Assembly (NCBI GenBank): GCA_965140585.1
Contig: OZ223267.1
Coordinates: 192,001-256,000 of the forward strand
DNA: 64,000 nt
Direction: 5' to 3'
DNA from: Spirochaetia bacterium
Lineage (GTDB): Bacteria > Spirochaetota > Spirochaetia > UBA9216
Of this stretch, positions 47,672 to 57,367 are shown in pieces; position 1 is the first letter of the stretch, and the number at the start of each line of letters is the position of its first letter. The position numbers and the translations under genes were made by a program. The notes beneath the pieces are model-generated. The model was not told where the DNA came from, made no database searches, and saw only the letters and a program-made list of their open reading frames with translations.

Positions 47672-48934
47672 ATGAAAATCAGAAGACAAATTTTTTCTAT
47701 AATTATTATTGTTATTGCGGTATCAGGCTGTGCCAGTTATTCAAAACTTTCGGGAATATCTGATGATTATGATTCAGTGCAGGATTTTTTTGCAGCCGAA
47801 GAAATCCCTGTTTTTGAGGCCGAAAGCCGGGGAATTTATTTTGATGGAAGACAGTGGTACGAACGGAGTCTGGAACTTATAGAGTCGGCAGAAGACTATA
47901 TTCTAATAAATTCCTTTCTGACAACCGAGCATGATCACTGCCGTGAGATATACCGCGCCTTGAAGCGGAAAATGGATGAAGGGGTGAGGGTATACTGCAT
48001 CTTTGACAGTGCTTCCTCATATCGTACCTATCCCAGGTCAACCGATGTTATCCGTGCCGCAATTCCCTATGTCCGGGAGCTTGGTATCCCTTACACTGAA
48101 TACAGTCCAATCCGGGGAAGGCGGGTTCCGACTCTTCTCGGCCTTTTTGACAGAGACCACCGTAAATTCTGGATAGTAGACGGAAAGGTTGTGGTCGAGG
48201 GAGGCCAGAATATCGACTATGACAGTCTAAGTTTTCCTGAAGACGGAGGCTGTATAGATACAATGGTAGAAATTGAATCAGAGCAGTATGTTTCGATGAT
48301 GCAGGATGCTTTTTTCACCAGCTGGAACCGCTATTCGGTGGCGAAGTTAAATAAGGAAGATTTCAGAATAAGGGCAGCTGAAAAAGGCGCACCTGTATGG
48401 GTTTTTAATCAGGACCGCGGCGATGCTTCAACAGTTACCGCCATGTTTGACGGTCTTTTCACATATGCAGAGGATGAACTATGGCTGGTTCAGTGCTACA
48501 CCTATGTTACGCCCTCACTGCTGGATAAAATTAAATTTGCCGTAGATCGCGGAGTTAAGGTTAATTTTATAATATCTGAAAATCAGATCGGCGAGCGATT
48601 TGAAAAGGCCGCATTGTATTCCATTAAAACCCTGCTGAAAACCGGGGCCAATGTTTATCTTTTCAATTCACCCTACAAGGCTTTGCTTCATTACAAGCTG
48701 ATTCTTGCCGACGGCAGATACGCATCAATCGGGTCGGCAAACTATAACTTCAGATCACAGTCTCTTTCCAGAGAGCTTTCAATAATCTCTGAGGATCCTG
48801 TTCTTGTTGAAACAGTCTCCAACAACCTTGACCAGCTTATGCTCAATTGCAGACAGGTATATCTTGAAGAGGCTGAAGAGTATCAGGGGATGAAATATCT
48901 GCTAAACTATATTCTGATGCAGTTCTGGGGATGA
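47672..48934 (+). CDS. phospholipase D/cardiolipin-synthase-like lipoprotein
   Basis: Two HKD motifs (HRKFWIVD, HYKLILAD), GSANY; AVSGC lipobox. Confidence 0.88.
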   Translation: MKIRRQIFSIIIIVIAVSGCASYSKLSGISDDYDSVQDFFAAEEIPVFEAESRGIYFDGRQWYERSLELIESAEDYILINSFLTTEHDHCREIYRALKRKMDEGVRVYCIFDSASSYRTYPRSTDVIRAAIPYVRELGIPYTEYSPIRGRRVPTLLGLFDRDHRKFWIVDGKVVVEGGQNIDYDSLSFPEDGGCIDTMVEIESEQYVSMMQDAFFTSWNRYSVAKLNKEDFRIRAAEKGAPVWVFNQDRGDASTVTAMFDGLFTYAEDELWLVQCYTYVTPSLLDKIKFAVDRGVKVNFIISENQIGERFEKAALYSIKTLLKTGANVYLFNSPYKALLHYKLILADGRYASIGSANYNFRSQSLSRELSIISEDPVLVETVSNNLDQLMLNCRQVYLEEAEEYQGMKYLLNYILMQFWG

Positions 48935-48935
48935 T

Positions 48936-49475
48936 ATGAGAAACAGGATCTTAATTTTACTTTCGGCAGCAGTTCTCTTTTTTTCGGCTTCAGCCGCATT
49001 CGGTGAAACAAGCGGATGGACTGCAGGCTTTCAGATATCCTCTGAAGGATTTACTGAAGGCTACGGTTTCAGCTCCTCGGAATATGTCGGGATGGAGCTG
49101 TTTCTTGAGCCCTGGAGCTTTGATTTCCTTACGCCGGCACTTAACACCGGATTTCTGCTTCCCGTCAGTCAAAACCTTTTCGCTGATTCTGTTTTTAAGG
49201 CGGAGTTGTCTCTTGAACTTTTTGCACTGAAAAAACACATATTCAGGAATTTTATCGATATCGAGAACAGGTGGGCGCCTTCAGTCAGCGGGGGAGTTCT
49301 GATGCCGGTTAACAGTCCCGGGCAGCTGCTTCTGAATTTCGGAATTTCACCGTTCCGGCTTAAAACAGGAGCAGGACGATACAGCATCCTTGCGTTTGAT
49401 GCTGTTACTGATACTCAGTTCAGCGGAATTTCTTACGGCATCAAAATATTTGATTTCAGGTTATTTCTGTTTTAG
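48936..49475 (+). CDS. secreted hypothetical protein, possible small beta-barrel
   Basis: Signal peptide; alternating amphipathic strands; ends FDFRLFLF. Confidence 0.65.
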   Translation: MRNRILILLSAAVLFFSASAAFGETSGWTAGFQISSEGFTEGYGFSSSEYVGMELFLEPWSFDFLTPALNTGFLLPVSQNLFADSVFKAELSLELFALKKHIFRNFIDIENRWAPSVSGGVLMPVNSPGQLLLNFGISPFRLKTGAGRYSILAFDAVTDTQFSGISYGIKIFDFRLFLF

Positions 49476-49482
49476 GGAGCTT

Positions 49483-50019
49483 ATGAAGAGAATAATTCTT
49501 TTAATCATATTCTGTATTTCAGCCGCAATGTCTATTGAAGCCCAGGATATCAGCCTGACTTACGGTCCATGGTCTTTTATTTCTGAAGATGATGCGGTTT
49601 CCGGCGGTGTTTATCCTTATGCCGGAATTAACTTCGGTCTGAATGACCGCCTTGAAGCCCAGATCTTTGCAATTGCAGAGGCAGCCCCGGTTCCTCTTGA
49701 AAGAATCATGATGGGAGCAGGCCTCTCTGCCGGAATTCTCGGCGGGCGCCACATAACATACTTCAATATGTATGCAGATCTTGATTTTATCTACGGGCTT
49801 CGTTTTACAGATTCCGGAGTTGAACATAACCGTTTTGCGGCGTTCAGGCTGTCTCCGCTGGCCATTGGAAATGATTACAACGGTTATCGTGACAGAATCT
49901 TTACTATGGGTGTTATGTATAACTTTGACAGCGGTTTGTTTTCGTTTACCTGGAATCTGTTGATTTTTGATATGTTCCTGAACTCGGCATCTGTACTTGA
50001 TGAAAAAGATCGAATCTAA
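49483..50019 (+). CDS. secreted hypothetical protein, possible small beta-barrel
   Basis: GGGAG RBS, MKRIILL signal peptide, Gly/aromatic-rich strands. Confidence 0.65.
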   Translation: MKRIILLIIFCISAAMSIEAQDISLTYGPWSFISEDDAVSGGVYPYAGINFGLNDRLEAQIFAIAEAAPVPLERIMMGAGLSAGILGGRHITYFNMYADLDFIYGLRFTDSGVEHNRFAAFRLSPLAIGNDYNGYRDRIFTMGVMYNFDSGLFSFTWNLLIFDMFLNSASVLDEKDRI

Positions 50020-51082
50020 ACTTCTAAAATACATCCTGCTTGGCTATGTTTTTCTCTGCATAGTAATTGCCGGTCTTAATTTCGGGATGGCTCCGGGGAG
50101 CAGCAGTGAAGTCTCCGGTGTCATTGCACGTATCTGGCATATCTACGAGAATCAGTTTAAGACTGTAATGCTTATAATCTCGGCCTATCTTACTCTGCGG
50201 CTTCTGCGCAGGGAGCGGGACAGCAGAATGAGGCGGCAGAATCTTGCTGCAATTACAATATCCGCCGTGCTTCTTCATGTTGCCGGCCCGCTTATTGCCG
50301 GAACAGATGAACTTTACTTTTTCAGCATGCCTGTTCCCTGGTCATCGTATCCTCTTCAAATGCTGGCTGAAAGCTCGGCATTCAGGCAGAATTTTCTCAG
50401 CCATTGGGGGCTCTCATCATTGACTCCGGTTCTCATTTTCTCCGCGGCCTATACTCTGCTTCTTTTTGCAGCAACCCTTCTATTCGGGAGGCGGGTGCAA
50501 TGCAGTTTTATCTGCATGTTCAACGGCTTTGTAGCAGAAGTGTTTGCTCCGGTTTTCCCTGTTTTCGGAAAAAAAAGACAGCCGGGTAAAATGTACAGTT
50601 CCGAAATGGAGCGGGGGTTAATAATATTACGGGTACTGCTACTGCTGCTTTCACTGCTTTTCTGTATTTTCTGGATTATTGAGATTTTACATCCCGGTAA
50701 TGCATCAACAGCTTCCGTGGTCGGAAAGACAGAAACCTTTAAGTATCTTTTGATAGAGCTTTTTGCCGCTATGTTTTTCTGGCTTGTTTACAACGGCAGG
50801 GGGTACTGCAGGTACTGCCCTCTGGGGACTTTTCTCTCATTTCTTGCAAAAGCAGGCGGACAGAAAATATCAGCGCAATCCGGGTGCACCAAATGCGGAC
50901 GCTGTGATGCGTCCTGCCCGATGGGAATCAGCATCCGCGAGTATGCGAGCGAAGAAAGACCTGTGAAAAACCTTTCCTGTGTAGGCTGCGGTCACTGTGT
51001 CGACGCCTGCCCCGAAAATGTATTGAAATATTCAACAGCTTTTATCGAATATATCGGCAAAACCGGTTCAAAAGGTCTATAA
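50000..51082 (+). CDS. membrane 4Fe-4S protein (NapH/YccM-like)
   Basis: GRRVQCSFIC, YCRYCPLG, two CxxCxxCxxxCP clusters. Confidence 0.85.
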   Translation: MKKIESKLLKYILLGYVFLCIVIAGLNFGMAPGSSSEVSGVIARIWHIYENQFKTVMLIISAYLTLRLLRRERDSRMRRQNLAAITISAVLLHVAGPLIAGTDELYFFSMPVPWSSYPLQMLAESSAFRQNFLSHWGLSSLTPVLIFSAAYTLLLFAATLLFGRRVQCSFICMFNGFVAEVFAPVFPVFGKKRQPGKMYSSEMERGLIILRVLLLLLSLLFCIFWIIEILHPGNASTASVVGKTETFKYLLIELFAAMFFWLVYNGRGYCRYCPLGTFLSFLAKAGGQKISAQSGCTKCGRCDASCPMGISIREYASEERPVKNLSCVGCGHCVDACPENVLKYSTAFIEYIGKTGSKGL

Positions 51083-51086
51083 TTAG

Positions 51087-52067
51087 GTGGATATGCGAAA
51101 GACTTCTTATCTGTTTTTCCTTGAACCTGAAAACAATGCCCCTGAGATTCAGATCTTCCCGGGGCAGATGTACACGATTGGCCGTTCTCCTTCAAGTAAT
51201 ATTCTTCTTTCTGACAGCAATGTCTCACGAAGTCATGCAAAACTCGAGTTTATAAATGGAAACTTTTACCTCACCGATCTGGACAGTTTGAACGGAACAT
51301 TTGTGAACGATAAGAAGGTAAAAAAATCAGCTCTCAGCAGTCTGGACAAGCTGACCTTCGGGAAGGCCTCTTTTACTTTCTGGGTGAAACAGGAGTTTGA
51401 GAAGGGGACGGAACCTTCTCAGGACTCAGCTCCTGAAACAGGCAGTATAAATGCAAATACAATTAATGGTGAACTGGAAGAACTCATCTCAGAGGTCGCC
51501 GATCCGCTTCTGCAGCAGAAACTGAATATTATTAAGCAGAAGCTTTCAACAAGCAGGAAAAATTTAATGGTTATGGCGTTCAGGGATGAACTGACCGGAC
51601 TTTTTAATAGAAGATATTTTGATAAGGTTCTTGCACAGGAGCTCAAAAGGGCAAACCGCTACAGCCGTGATATGTCTCTAATCATGGTTGATATTGATCA
51701 TTTTAAAAAGTTCAACGACCGCTACGGCCATCAGAAGGGTGACTCTGTATTGAGAACGGTGAGTACAATAATGAGGGAAAACGTCCGCTCAACCGATATC
51801 GCATGCAGATACGGTGGTGAAGAGATTGCAGTTATCCTTCCGGAGCAGGATTTGAAGCATGCCTGTATGATAGCTGAAAAGCTGCGGATTAAACTTGAAT
51901 CTCTGGCAAGGGAGATTGAAGGCGTCTCTGTTACTGCAAGTTTCGGCGTCGGTTCGGCAGGCATAAATCAGTTGACCGCTAAAGAGCTGATAAAAAGAAC
52001 TGATACAGCGCTCTATTCCGCCAAGAACTCCGGACGGAACTGTACGCGCTGTATGAATGAAGGCTGA
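51087..52067 (+). CDS. FHA-domain diguanylate cyclase
   Basis: FHA (IGRS, SRSHA, SLNGTFVN); DELTGLFNRR, DIDHFK, RxxD I-site, RYGGEEI. Confidence 0.92.
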   Translation: MDMRKTSYLFFLEPENNAPEIQIFPGQMYTIGRSPSSNILLSDSNVSRSHAKLEFINGNFYLTDLDSLNGTFVNDKKVKKSALSSLDKLTFGKASFTFWVKQEFEKGTEPSQDSAPETGSINANTINGELEELISEVADPLLQQKLNIIKQKLSTSRKNLMVMAFRDELTGLFNRRYFDKVLAQELKRANRYSRDMSLIMVDIDHFKKFNDRYGHQKGDSVLRTVSTIMRENVRSTDIACRYGGEEIAVILPEQDLKHACMIAEKLRIKLESLAREIEGVSVTASFGVGSAGINQLTAKELIKRTDTALYSAKNSGRNCTRCMNEG

Positions 52068-52081
52068 TCCCTTCCCGGAAG

Positions 52082-53119
52082 CTACAGTGCAGGCTGCTGC
52101 TGGGTGACACAGTGAATTCCGCCGCCTCCATGGAATATTAAAGCTGCCTTCTCAAAGGGTACTATCTTCCGGTCGGGGAAGACTTCAGTGAATATTTCAA
52201 TAACTTCCTTATCAGTGTCTACTCCGAAAACAGGAAGAATCACTGCATTATTGGCAAAGTAGAAATTCATATAGCTTATCGCAAGTCTTCGATCTCCCTC
52301 ATACCGGGCAGGAGGCTGGGGAATCCTTATCACCTCAAGCCTTCTTCCCATAGCATCGGTACTGCTTTCAAGCACTCTTATATTTTCATGGAATGTACTG
52401 TAGTTAGGATCCGCGGGATCATCGCATGAAAGATGAAGTATTTTCCCCGGGGCGGCAAATGCTGTAATAACATCAATATGGCCTCCGGTCTCATCCTGAT
52501 CGTATCCTTCATCAAGCCAGATGACCTTTTCAGCTCCGAGGTATCTGCATAAAATTTCAGCAACATCGGCTTCGCTTTTTCCGGGATTCCGGTTCTCATT
52601 AAGAAGGGTGTTTCTGGTACAGAGTACTGTTCCTTCCCCGTCAACATGGATCGCTCCACCCTCATTGAAGATCGGGGCCTTGTAGCAGGGAATATCAAGA
52701 TTCCTGCAGAGATTCCCGGCAAGGTGCTTATCCCGATCCCAGCTGCAGTATTCCATGTCGCCCCATCCGTTGAACTTCCAGTCGGTTCCTGCAAGGCTTT
52801 TATCCGGGCTGACAAGGAAGCTGGGTAAAGTATCTCTTGCCCAGGCATCATTAAGATCCAGCGCGATAAACTCAATACCAGAACCACCGACCCGGCGTGC
52901 TTCTTCAAAAGACTGTACCGGGACAAGCATTTTCACCGGCTCATAATCCAGGATTGTCAGAGCAAGTTCTGCAATAACTATTTTAATTTCAGCATGCCTT
53001 CCGCGCCAGGCAATGTCATCATGCGGCCAGGCCATCCAGCAGCAGCTGTGACTTTCCCATTCGGCCGGCATCCTGAACCCGTCGTCTGCAGGCGTTAGTG
53101 TTTTTTCTATTTTAAACAT
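52082..53119 (-). CDS. aguA: agmatine deiminase
   Basis: MPAEWE, DAWARD, FNGWG, EGG, TGGHID, GGGIHCVTQQQP. Confidence 0.96.
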   Translation of the reverse strand: MFKIEKTLTPADDGFRMPAEWESHSCCWMAWPHDDIAWRGRHAEIKIVIAELALTILDYEPVKMLVPVQSFEEARRVGGSGIEFIALDLNDAWARDTLPSFLVSPDKSLAGTDWKFNGWGDMEYCSWDRDKHLAGNLCRNLDIPCYKAPIFNEGGAIHVDGEGTVLCTRNTLLNENRNPGKSEADVAEILCRYLGAEKVIWLDEGYDQDETGGHIDVITAFAAPGKILHLSCDDPADPNYSTFHENIRVLESSTDAMGRRLEVIRIPQPPARYEGDRRLAISYMNFYFANNAVILPVFGVDTDKEVIEIFTEVFPDRKIVPFEKAALIFHGGGGIHCVTQQQPAL

Positions 53120-53120
53120 A

Positions 53121-53972
53121 TCAGTAGCTCATCAGCCTGGTGTAGTTTTCCGGCCGGCGGTCTCTCAGAAGACCCCATTCCGCCCGGTCCTGTTCAATCA
53201 GCTTTAAGTCAAAGGATGCGGTGAGGATGGTCTCTTCGGTTTTGTCAGCCCTTGCCTGGAACTCGGCCCTGGCACCGGCTATAAAGGATGAACCGTAAAA
53301 TGTCATCGTTACTCCGTCCTGGCTTTCGGTCCCTATTCTGTTAGCTGCCGTAAGCGGAACCATGTTGGCCCCGGCATGACCACGCTGGACTGTCTGCCAG
53401 TGTTCCGATGAATCCAGTTCCGGAGTTTCAGGTTCTGAGCCGATTGCAGTGGGGTAGAATAGAAGTTCAGCCCCCATCAGCGACATCGCGCGGGCAGCCT
53501 CCGGAAACCACTGATCCCAGCAGATTCCAACACCTATCCTTGCGTATGCTGTCTCCCAGACTTTCAGCCCCAGGTCTCCCGGCGAGAAGTAGAATTTCTC
53601 CTCGTAGCCGGGGCCCTGCGGAATATGATTTTTACGGTAAATGCCGAGAGTTTTTCCGTCTGCGTCAATTACAGCCACGGAGTTGAAATATGCCTTTCCG
53701 GCTTTTTCAAAAAAACTGATCGGAAGCACAACTTCTTTTTCCCTGGCCATTGCCTCAAAATCAGCCCTGCCGGGATGTTCCTCCCAGCTGAAAGCCCGCG
53801 CGAATTCGCGGCCTTTCTGTGTCTTGCAGAAGTAGGGGCCTTCGAAAAGTTCAGGCAGCAGAATTATCTGAGCTCCCTGTTCCGCAGCCTCTCCAATCTT
53901 CTTCAGAGCTTTTTTTCTGTTTTCTTCAGCTGATTCTGAACAGCTCATCTGTACAGCGGCAATTGTTACCAT
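53121..53972 (-). CDS. aguB: N-carbamoylputrescine amidase
   Basis: Nitrilase triad (PELF, YRKNHIP, GICWDQWFPE), YPTAIGSE. Confidence 0.96.
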   Translation of the reverse strand: MVTIAAVQMSCSESAEENRKKALKKIGEAAEQGAQIILLPELFEGPYFCKTQKGREFARAFSWEEHPGRADFEAMAREKEVVLPISFFEKAGKAYFNSVAVIDADGKTLGIYRKNHIPQGPGYEEKFYFSPGDLGLKVWETAYARIGVGICWDQWFPEAARAMSLMGAELLFYPTAIGSEPETPELDSSEHWQTVQRGHAGANMVPLTAANRIGTESQDGVTMTFYGSSFIAGARAEFQARADKTEETILTASFDLKLIEQDRAEWGLLRDRRPENYTRLMSY

Positions 53973-53997
53973 CGTTTTAATCCTTTACCCGTCAGTT

Positions 53998-55347
53998 TTA
54001 TTTGGCAAGTTCTTTGAGTGTATCATCGAGCCTGTTCAGAATCTCATCGAGAAGATTCATCGGAATATTCAATGCAGGTTCGATTCTTATAACCTTTGAG
54101 TTGTTCAGCGTACCGCTTGTCAGTACGTTTCTTTTGAAGAGTCCCGCAGCAACCTGGTATCCGATATCGCCGTCGGTGAATTCCATCCCAATCAGCAGTC
54201 CCTTACCTCTGACGTTTTTCAGGACTGAAGGATATTTTTCTTTCATCTTATTAAGTGCATCAATGGTATAAACACCCTTTTCTGCCGCCTGTGCCGGAGT
54301 ATCTTCCTCAAGCATTACTTCTATTCCTGCAAGGGCCGCTGCGCAGGCAATCGGGTTGCCTCCGGTTGTTGTGGTATGCATGAACGGGTTGGGTTCCATA
54401 CAGGACCAGATTTCCGGCGTTGAAAAGAATCCGCTGCAGGCCACAACACCGCCGCCAAGAGCCTTTCCGAAACACATGATGTCAGGTGCTGTGTCCCACA
54501 CATCGACTGCGAAGGTTTCACCAACACGTCCGAAACCGGTCTGAACCTCGTCAGCTATCAGGAGTACACCATACTTGTCGCAGATTTTTCTAAGCTTCGG
54601 CCAGAAATCATCAGGCGGAACGATTGCACCTGCTTCTCCCTGTACGGGTTCGGCGATAACGGCTGCTATTCCTTTTCCAACCTGAGTCGCTTTTTTCAGT
54701 TCCATCTCAACAGCATCTGCATCTCCGAAAGGTGCGTAATCAACATTACCAAGTAGCGGAAGCAGAGGTTCTCTAAACACCGATTTTCCCATTAATGAGA
54801 GTGAACCGGCTGTTTTACCGTGAAAACTGTTCAGCATAGATATAAAGCCCGGTTTTCCTGTATAAAGTTTTGCAAGTTTCATTGCACCTTCAACGGCTTC
54901 GGTTCCGCTGTTAGCGAAGAAACCGTACTGAATATCACCGGGTGTAAGGTTTGCCAATACACGTCCAAGCTGGGCCCGTACCGGATCCAGCATCTCCTGG
55001 CTGTACTGCGGAGAGCGTTCAAGCTGTGCTCTTACATTTGCAACAACCGTCGGGTGTGCTATCCCGAGGCTGTAAAGTCCGAAGCCTCCAAGGGCATCGA
55101 TAAATTCCCGGCCCATGACATCTTTTATAATTGAACCCTGTCCGGTCCATTCAGTAAGTGCAAAATCGCCCGCTATAGTCGCCGATTTCCTGTGTTCAAG
55201 AAAACCCTTGTTTATGTAGTCAGCGAAATTTTCCGTTGTCTTGGTTACTATTTCTTTTTTAATTTCTTCTGTTAAAGCTGTTTTTCCTGTAATGATGGAG
55301 TTCATCCATTTGGCTTCGCGTAAAGCCGCCTGTTTATCTCTGCTCAT
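53998..55347 (-). CDS. patA: putrescine aminotransferase
   Basis: NKGFLEHRKS, EWTGQG, NSGTEAVE, DEVQTG, GKALGGG, NPFMHTTT (YgjG-like); start moved to MSRDK. Confidence 0.9.
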   Translation of the reverse strand: MSRDKQAALREAKWMNSIITGKTALTEEIKKEIVTKTTENFADYINKGFLEHRKSATIAGDFALTEWTGQGSIIKDVMGREFIDALGGFGLYSLGIAHPTVVANVRAQLERSPQYSQEMLDPVRAQLGRVLANLTPGDIQYGFFANSGTEAVEGAMKLAKLYTGKPGFISMLNSFHGKTAGSLSLMGKSVFREPLLPLLGNVDYAPFGDADAVEMELKKATQVGKGIAAVIAEPVQGEAGAIVPPDDFWPKLRKICDKYGVLLIADEVQTGFGRVGETFAVDVWDTAPDIMCFGKALGGGVVACSGFFSTPEIWSCMEPNPFMHTTTTGGNPIACAAALAGIEVMLEEDTPAQAAEKGVYTIDALNKMKEKYPSVLKNVRGKGLLIGMEFTDGDIGYQVAAGLFKRNVLTSGTLNNSKVIRIEPALNIPMNLLDEILNRLDDTLKELAK

Positions 55348-55407
55348 TTTGTAACTGTATCTCCTGTCTTTATTTAAAACATTTTGTAATAATCGAATAT
55401 ACTTCAA

Positions 55408-55447
55408 TAATAAGCCTTTAAAATCAGAATGATTTTAAGGCTTATTA
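55408..55447. terminator. long AT-rich hairpin after potD (stabiliser/partial terminator)
   Basis: TAATAAGCCTTTAAAATCA-GAA-TGATTTTAAGGCTTATTA, one bulge. Confidence 0.55.
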
Positions 55448-56509
55448 CCGGGTCTTTATCATCTGCCAGAGTTCTGAATAGATCTGGTTGTTCTTTCCAA
55501 GGTCCTGAATGTACTGAAGTTTTTTCTGTGTTTCCTCATCAGGATAGATTGCAGGATTTTCAAGAGCTTCCGGATCGATCATCGGCAGTGATGCGGCGTT
55601 TGGTGTTGCAAAGTAAATATAGTTGGACAGTCTTGCTCCGATTTCAGGATCAAGAATGAACTGGATAAATTTGTTTGCAAGAGTCGGATTCGGAGCTTCG
55701 GCCGGTATACAGAGGCTGTCCATCCAGATTACCGTTCCTTCCCTGGGAACAATAAACCCGAAATCGGGGCTTTCGTCAACAGCAATCATTCCGTCCCCGT
55801 TGTAGGCCATTGCAATCTCTACGGTATCTGCCATAAGCTTGTTTCTTCCGCCTACATTGGCTTCAAATCCCTGAAAACCGGGGTTCTTCTTTGCCTTGAT
55901 AAGTACATCTGCAGCTTCCATGAGTTCATCCTTGTCGAGGGTGTTGATATCATAGCCTAGGTAGGCGAGGACTATACCAATCTGTTCACGTTCAGAATCC
56001 ATAAGAACAAAGGGGACGTCATCCGGATTTTCAAAGATAGCAGCCCAGCTGCTGTAATCGCTTACCGAAGTCTTATCGAAAACCATTCCGACGGTACCCC
56101 ACTGGTAGGCTGCAGAATAGACGTTGCCTTCATCGAAGGGCGGGCTGATGAAATGATCGCTTAAGTTGGATACGTTTGTTACAACGCTTTTATCCATCGG
56201 CTGTAGCAGCCCAAGTTCGATCAGGCTGACCATTATGTAGTCGGAAGGAACTACCAGGTCGTACTGGCTTACACCGCCTGCCTGCAGCTTTGCGAGCATT
56301 TCCTCGTTGGATTCGTAATAGTCGATTACAACTGTGCAGTCATACATTTCTTCAAAATCAGTGATGATTTCAGGATCCATGTATTCGGTCCAGATGTACA
56401 GGTGAAGTTCCTTGCTGTCCTTCGGAGCTTCCGATTCAGACTGTCCTCCGGCAAAAACCTGGGACATTACTACCGCGAGCATTACCAGTGCAAGCATCAG
56501 TTTTTTCAT
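55445..56509 (-). CDS. potD: polyamine ABC substrate-binding protein
   Basis: YIWTEYM, YESNEEM, YDLVVPSDY, YQWGTVG, YNGD, EGTVIWMD. Confidence 0.9.
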   Translation of the reverse strand: MKKLMLALVMLAVVMSQVFAGGQSESEAPKDSKELHLYIWTEYMDPEIITDFEEMYDCTVVIDYYESNEEMLAKLQAGGVSQYDLVVPSDYIMVSLIELGLLQPMDKSVVTNVSNLSDHFISPPFDEGNVYSAAYQWGTVGMVFDKTSVSDYSSWAAIFENPDDVPFVLMDSEREQIGIVLAYLGYDINTLDKDELMEAADVLIKAKKNPGFQGFEANVGGRNKLMADTVEIAMAYNGDGMIAVDESPDFGFIVPREGTVIWMDSLCIPAEAPNPTLANKFIQFILDPEIGARLSNYIYFATPNAASLPMIDPEALENPAIYPDEETQKKLQYIQDLGKNNQIYSELWQMIKTR

Positions 56510-56554
56510 TCTATTCTCCTATTTATTTGTTGTTCTCTATATACGACAGCAATC

Positions 56555-57367
56555 CTAAAAAGCTATGGATGCTGTTTTCTCCGCTCCGATAATCTTCTGC
56601 ATTACCATTACAGAGGTAACCGTTATTGTCATAACCAGTGTCGAAAGTGCGTGTATTTCCGGTGTAACTCCGCGTCGTACCGATGCGTAAATAAACAGCG
56701 GCAGGGTTGTTGACTTCGGACCGGCTGTAAAAAAGCTGATTACAAAGTCGTCTAGGGACAGGGTGAATGCAAGCATTGTACCGGCCATAATACCAGGTCC
56801 AAGCATGGGCAGCAGAACCTTTCGAAGCATCCTCCCGTAGCCGGCGTAGAGATCATACGAGGCTTCCTCGATCTCTGTTCCAATCAGTTCAAGTCTGCTG
56901 TACACAGCCAGGGCAACAAAGGCAATCTGGAAGGTTACATGCCCTACAATCATCGTAGCAAGGCCCAGCTCAAACAGGCCTGTAAGCGCACGAATCGCCC
57001 CGAATGCAATAACAAGTGCAACCGCAAAAACTATATCCGGCGTAATCACCGGCAGGTGCATTACCATATCCAGACCGCGTTTCATTTTCCGCGGCCATGG
57101 ATATCTGTAGAGGCCGATGGCTGCGGCTGTCCCCAGTATTGTTGAAATGGCGGTAGATACCACTGCCAGAATAAGAGTGTTAACTGCAATCCTCAGAATA
57201 TATTCATTATGAAAAAGCTTCTGATACCATCCGAGGGTAAAGCCTCCCCATGTAAGGCCAATCTTGGAGGCATTAACCGAAAATACTGCTATTGAGAGCA
57301 TTGGAACATAAAGATAGAGTATGCAGATAATTGCCAGAAAAGAGATTATCCTGCTGTTTTTATTCAT
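56555..57367 (-). CDS. potC: polyamine ABC permease
   Basis: EEASYDLYA, AFTLSLDDF, TTLPL. Confidence 0.92.
   Translation of the reverse strand: MNKNSRIISFLAIICILYLYVPMLSIAVFSVNASKIGLTWGGFTLGWYQKLFHNEYILRIAVNTLILAVVSTAISTILGTAAAIGLYRYPWPRKMKRGLDMVMHLPVITPDIVFAVALVIAFGAIRALTGLFELGLATMIVGHVTFQIAFVALAVYSRLELIGTEIEEASYDLYAGYGRMLRKVLLPMLGPGIMAGTMLAFTLSLDDFVISFFTAGPKSTTLPLFIYASVRRGVTPEIHALSTLVMTITVTSVMVMQKIIGAEKTASIAF

Noticed and set aside
47672-48934. PLD-family anti-phage nuclease
   Set aside because: Two-HKD Cls-like architecture with lipoprotein signal; no defence-gene neighbours
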